Source: an uncultured bacterium (GTDB lineage: Bacteria; Spirochaetota; UBA4802; JAGODF01). Taken from it: 64,000 nucleotides of DNA. Shown here one piece after another: positions 62,137-64,000 of the stretch; the stretch's first letter is position 1; each line of letters begins with the position of its first letter. The position numbers and the translations under genes were made by a program. The notes below the pieces were generated by a model, which saw only the letters and a list, made by a program, of their open reading frames with translations, searched no databases and had not been told where the DNA came from. The stretch covers positions 16,497 to 80,496 of the forward strand of contig CAKZSV010000004.1 of NCBI GenBank assembly GCA_937921485.1, written 5' to 3'.

Positions 62137-63075
62137 TTACAGTTCATGTTGCAACCATTCCTTAGGAACTTGAGAAACTTTTTCATTTCCAGAGGGTTTA
62201 TAAATAGGTTTATTTATTGGTCTAATTTTTAAACTCCCTTCTTTAAGGTCTTTAATTCTTTGTTCAGCGATTTCACAATATACCTTCTGCTTTTCAATTC
62301 CAATCGCATTTCTGTTATTCTTGATTGATGCAATTACTGTTGAACCAACACCAGCAAAAGGGTCAAGTACCCAACTCCTTTCATTTGTCAATGCAAGAAC
62401 GCAACGCTCAACTAATTCAATTGGAAATTGACAGGGATGCGATGTCTTTTCAGGGTGATTTGATTTAACATTTGGAATATTCCATATTGCATTTTCCCAA
62501 TCATTTGCAACAATTTCCCAGATATCACTTGGATTTTTTCCTAATGGATTTCCCGATGGTAGTCCTTTTTTTTCTCCTTTAAAATGACGTTTACCAGGAT
62601 ATTTTGCTGGTACCCTTACTCTGTCAAGATTGAATATATAATCATTTGTTTTGCTGAACCATAAAATTGTTTCGTATCTGCCGCTGAATCTTTTTGAAGC
62701 GTGTAACCCGTGTCCAAAGTGCCAGATAATCCTATTGCGTAATTTTAATCCTTGTTTCTTGAAAATCTGATAATAATAAATATCTAATGGAAAAACTTCT
62801 CCTTTGTGGACATAGTTTCCAACTTGCCAACAAAGATTGCCTTTTTTTGATAGGGTTCTCGTAAGTTCTTTTATTATTTCTTCTTGTGTCTCTAAGTATT
62901 TTTCAATACTTGTCTTTGTTTCATAAGATTTACCAATATTGTAAGGAGGCGAAGTTATTATTAAGTCAAATTTCCCATCCTCAACTTCTTTAAGAACTTT
63001 CAGACAATCACCATTTATGACATTATATGAAATATCATGGCTAATATATTCAAATAGAGGCTCTTTAATTTCCAT
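62137..63075 (-). CDS. Beta-class N4-cytosine/N6-adenine DNA methyltransferase (SPPY type, probably m4C)
   Basis: Motif IV DLIITSPPYN lies upstream of motif I VLDPFAGVGST (the beta-class permutation). It is adjacent to the BglII-like endonuclease. Confidence 0.85.
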   Translation of the reverse strand: MEIKEPLFEYISHDISYNVINGDCLKVLKEVEDGKFDLIITSPPYNIGKSYETKTSIEKYLETQEEIIKELTRTLSKKGNLCWQVGNYVHKGEVFPLDIYYYQIFKKQGLKLRNRIIWHFGHGLHASKRFSGRYETILWFSKTNDYIFNLDRVRVPAKYPGKRHFKGEKKGLPSGNPLGKNPSDIWEIVANDWENAIWNIPNVKSNHPEKTSHPCQFPIELVERCVLALTNERSWVLDPFAGVGSTVIASIKNNRNAIGIEKQKVYCEIAEQRIKDLKEGSLKIRPINKPIYKPSGNEKVSQVPKEWLQHEL

Positions 63076-63184
63076 TATTTACAATTTTCCTTACTGCAAA
63101 TTTAATATTTATCCACGAGCTTCCTGTATCAATTTTCACTTAATTATTAACGGATATCTTTCTATAAGTTATGCTCACTTCTTT

Positions 63185-63220
63185 ATTATACGCTACATTG
63201 CGTATATACTGCATATATAC
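63185..63220 (-). promoter_or_regulatory. Candidate methyltransferase promoter with operator-like inverted repeat
   Basis: GTATATA-ctgca-TATATAC (63202-63220), a perfect 7-bp inverted repeat extended imperfectly by CATTG/CAATG. A minus-strand TATAAT (63190-63185) follows, 110 nt upstream of the ATG at 63075. Confidence 0.4.
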
Positions 63221-63538
63221 AATGTTCGCATAACATTCCAAAAGATCGTCACACTTTTAGTTGTAGTTCTTAGGAAACTACAGCTTCGTTCATATCCTTC
63301 AGTCTGCCCTCCCGTCAAGATTTTTTTTACAAGTACATCCGCGTTTTCACCAACGGCACAATACCTGTTGATAGTGCTTGTATCAGCTTATAAAATCGCT
63401 GTCAAGCTATTTGTAAGATTTCACATAAATAAGCATAATCCTTCGACTCAGAAAAATAATCAGCCCATTTCACCTTGAAGCATGAAAAAATCCGTCATTT
63501 TTCCGCATTATCGTCTGGTCCGCCAGGTAGGGAATAAA

Positions 63539-63713
63539 TCAACTGAAATTCATACCCAAGTGCATCAGCAACATATTCTGTTTAGGTGTATGCACATTTT
63601 TTACATTCAGAACTTCATTTCTTATGCATCTCGCTGGAAATATTTCCAATAAACTTTTTGACAAAAAACAGACACTGTGATATAATTCAAAAAAAGCACG
63701 ACTTTGCCAATTT
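63539..63713 (-). pseudogene. Possible XRE-type HTH (R-M controller-like) gene, 5' end overrun by repeat copy 3
   Basis: ...FFELYHSVCFLSKSLLEIFPARCIRNEVLNVKNVHTPKQNMLLMHLGMNFS* loosely fits the XRE HTH pattern (xxLAxxxxxxxxxIxxxExGxxxPxxxxLxxxxxxL). The only start is a TTG inside the repeat. Confidence 0.3.
63658..63686 (+). promoter_or_regulatory. Perfect sigma70 consensus promoter pointing into repeat copy 3
   Basis: TTGACA (63658-63663), a 17-nt spacer (aaaaacagacactgtga), then TATAAT (63681-63686). The repeat starts at 63714. Confidence 0.65.
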
Positions 63714-63837
63714 TTATGGGCACCTCTAAAAACCGCTTTCGTCCTTAAAATTAGCACCAAAGAAAGCGGTTTTTACCTATGTATTGTGCCCACAAGGGAA
63801 CATCCTTATAAATAGTTTTTAGAAGTTCCCTTATATT
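63714..63837 (+). repeat. Structured repeat element, copy 3 (full length)
   Basis: It matches copy 1 except for a CT indel and a few transitions. The same nested hairpin and the GGGAAC...GTTCCC hairpin are present. Confidence 0.9.
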
Positions 63838-63881
63838 TCGTGTACGCACGGGGCGCGCTGTCCAATTGCAGGGTTAGTATA

Positions 63882-64000
63882 ATGACAGATGAGATTCAAA
63901 CAATAACCGATCAGGAACACATAAAAGCAATTTTTTATCAGCATTTCCTGAGCGGAGATATTTACCTGAAAACAAAAAACGGCGATTTAAAAATTCAGTT
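63882..64000 (+). CDS. Hypothetical protein (N-terminal fragment, continues beyond window)
   Basis: The ATG at 63882 opens MTDEIQTITDQEHIKAIFYQHFLSGDIYLKTKNGDLKIQ..., which stays open to the window end. AGGG lies 9 nt upstream. Confidence 0.35.
   Translation, partial: MTDEIQTITDQEHIKAIFYQHFLSGDIYLKTKNGDLKIQ

Noticed and set aside
63017-63478. A 153-aa plus-strand ORF in the AT-rich region upstream of the methyltransferase.
   Set aside because: It has low-complexity Ile/Tyr/Phe-rich translation, overlaps the M gene 5' end antisense, and has no SD or recognisable motif. It is a typical spurious frame in AT-rich DNA.

Overview
This is a 64-kb bacterial chromosomal window, almost all of it transcribed from the minus strand.

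**Core genes.** The core is an uninterrupted ~32-kb translation/transcription supercluster at 24.5-56.5 kb. Read on the minus strand it runs tRNA-Thr(GGU), rpmG-secE-nusG-rplKAJL, rpoBC, rpsLG-fusA-tuf, then the S10, spc and alpha operons ending in rplQ. Around it sit:
- groES-groEL with a CIRCE operator
- moaC, pssA, ddl, lysC and truA
- a DUF2225-like gene
- rlpA, a beta-CASP RNase and lolCD

**Left arm (1-12 kb).** This region carries:
- a partial GntR regulator
- three HD-GYP (c-di-GMP phosphodiesterase-type) paralogues
- a ParA/MinD ATPase and a pseudo-receiver
- a Kelch lipoprotein plus beta-barrel pair
- an AI-2E transporter and yraN
- a FliK-like/FlhB-C-like pair

The EF-Tu sequence and the operon order look Leptospira/spirochaete-like. 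That is from memory only and is tentative.

**Accessory content worth a second look.**
1. A structured ~120-bp repeat occurs in four copies (865-990, 20747-20820, ~61997-62119, 63714-63837). Each copy lies sense-oriented just upstream of a gene. One copy sits behind a perfect TTGACA-N17-TATAAT promoter.
2. A decayed mazEF-type toxin-antitoxin locus has most of its toxin gene replaced by one repeat copy.
3. Two paralogous proteins that look like tandem ribbon-helix-helix DNA binders bracket a lipoprotein/beta-barrel operon.
4. An AT-rich BglII-like type II restriction-modification island sits 28 bp upstream of lolC.

**Smaller oddities.**
- a Cys4 insertion in EF-Tu
- a Cys4 ribbon at the L24 C-terminus
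- four CAGGAU motifs between infA and rpmJ
- unusually long structured spacers after rplJ and rplL

No CRISPR array, transposase or rRNA gene was seen.

All calls rest on reading the sequence and the ORF track. No database search was run.
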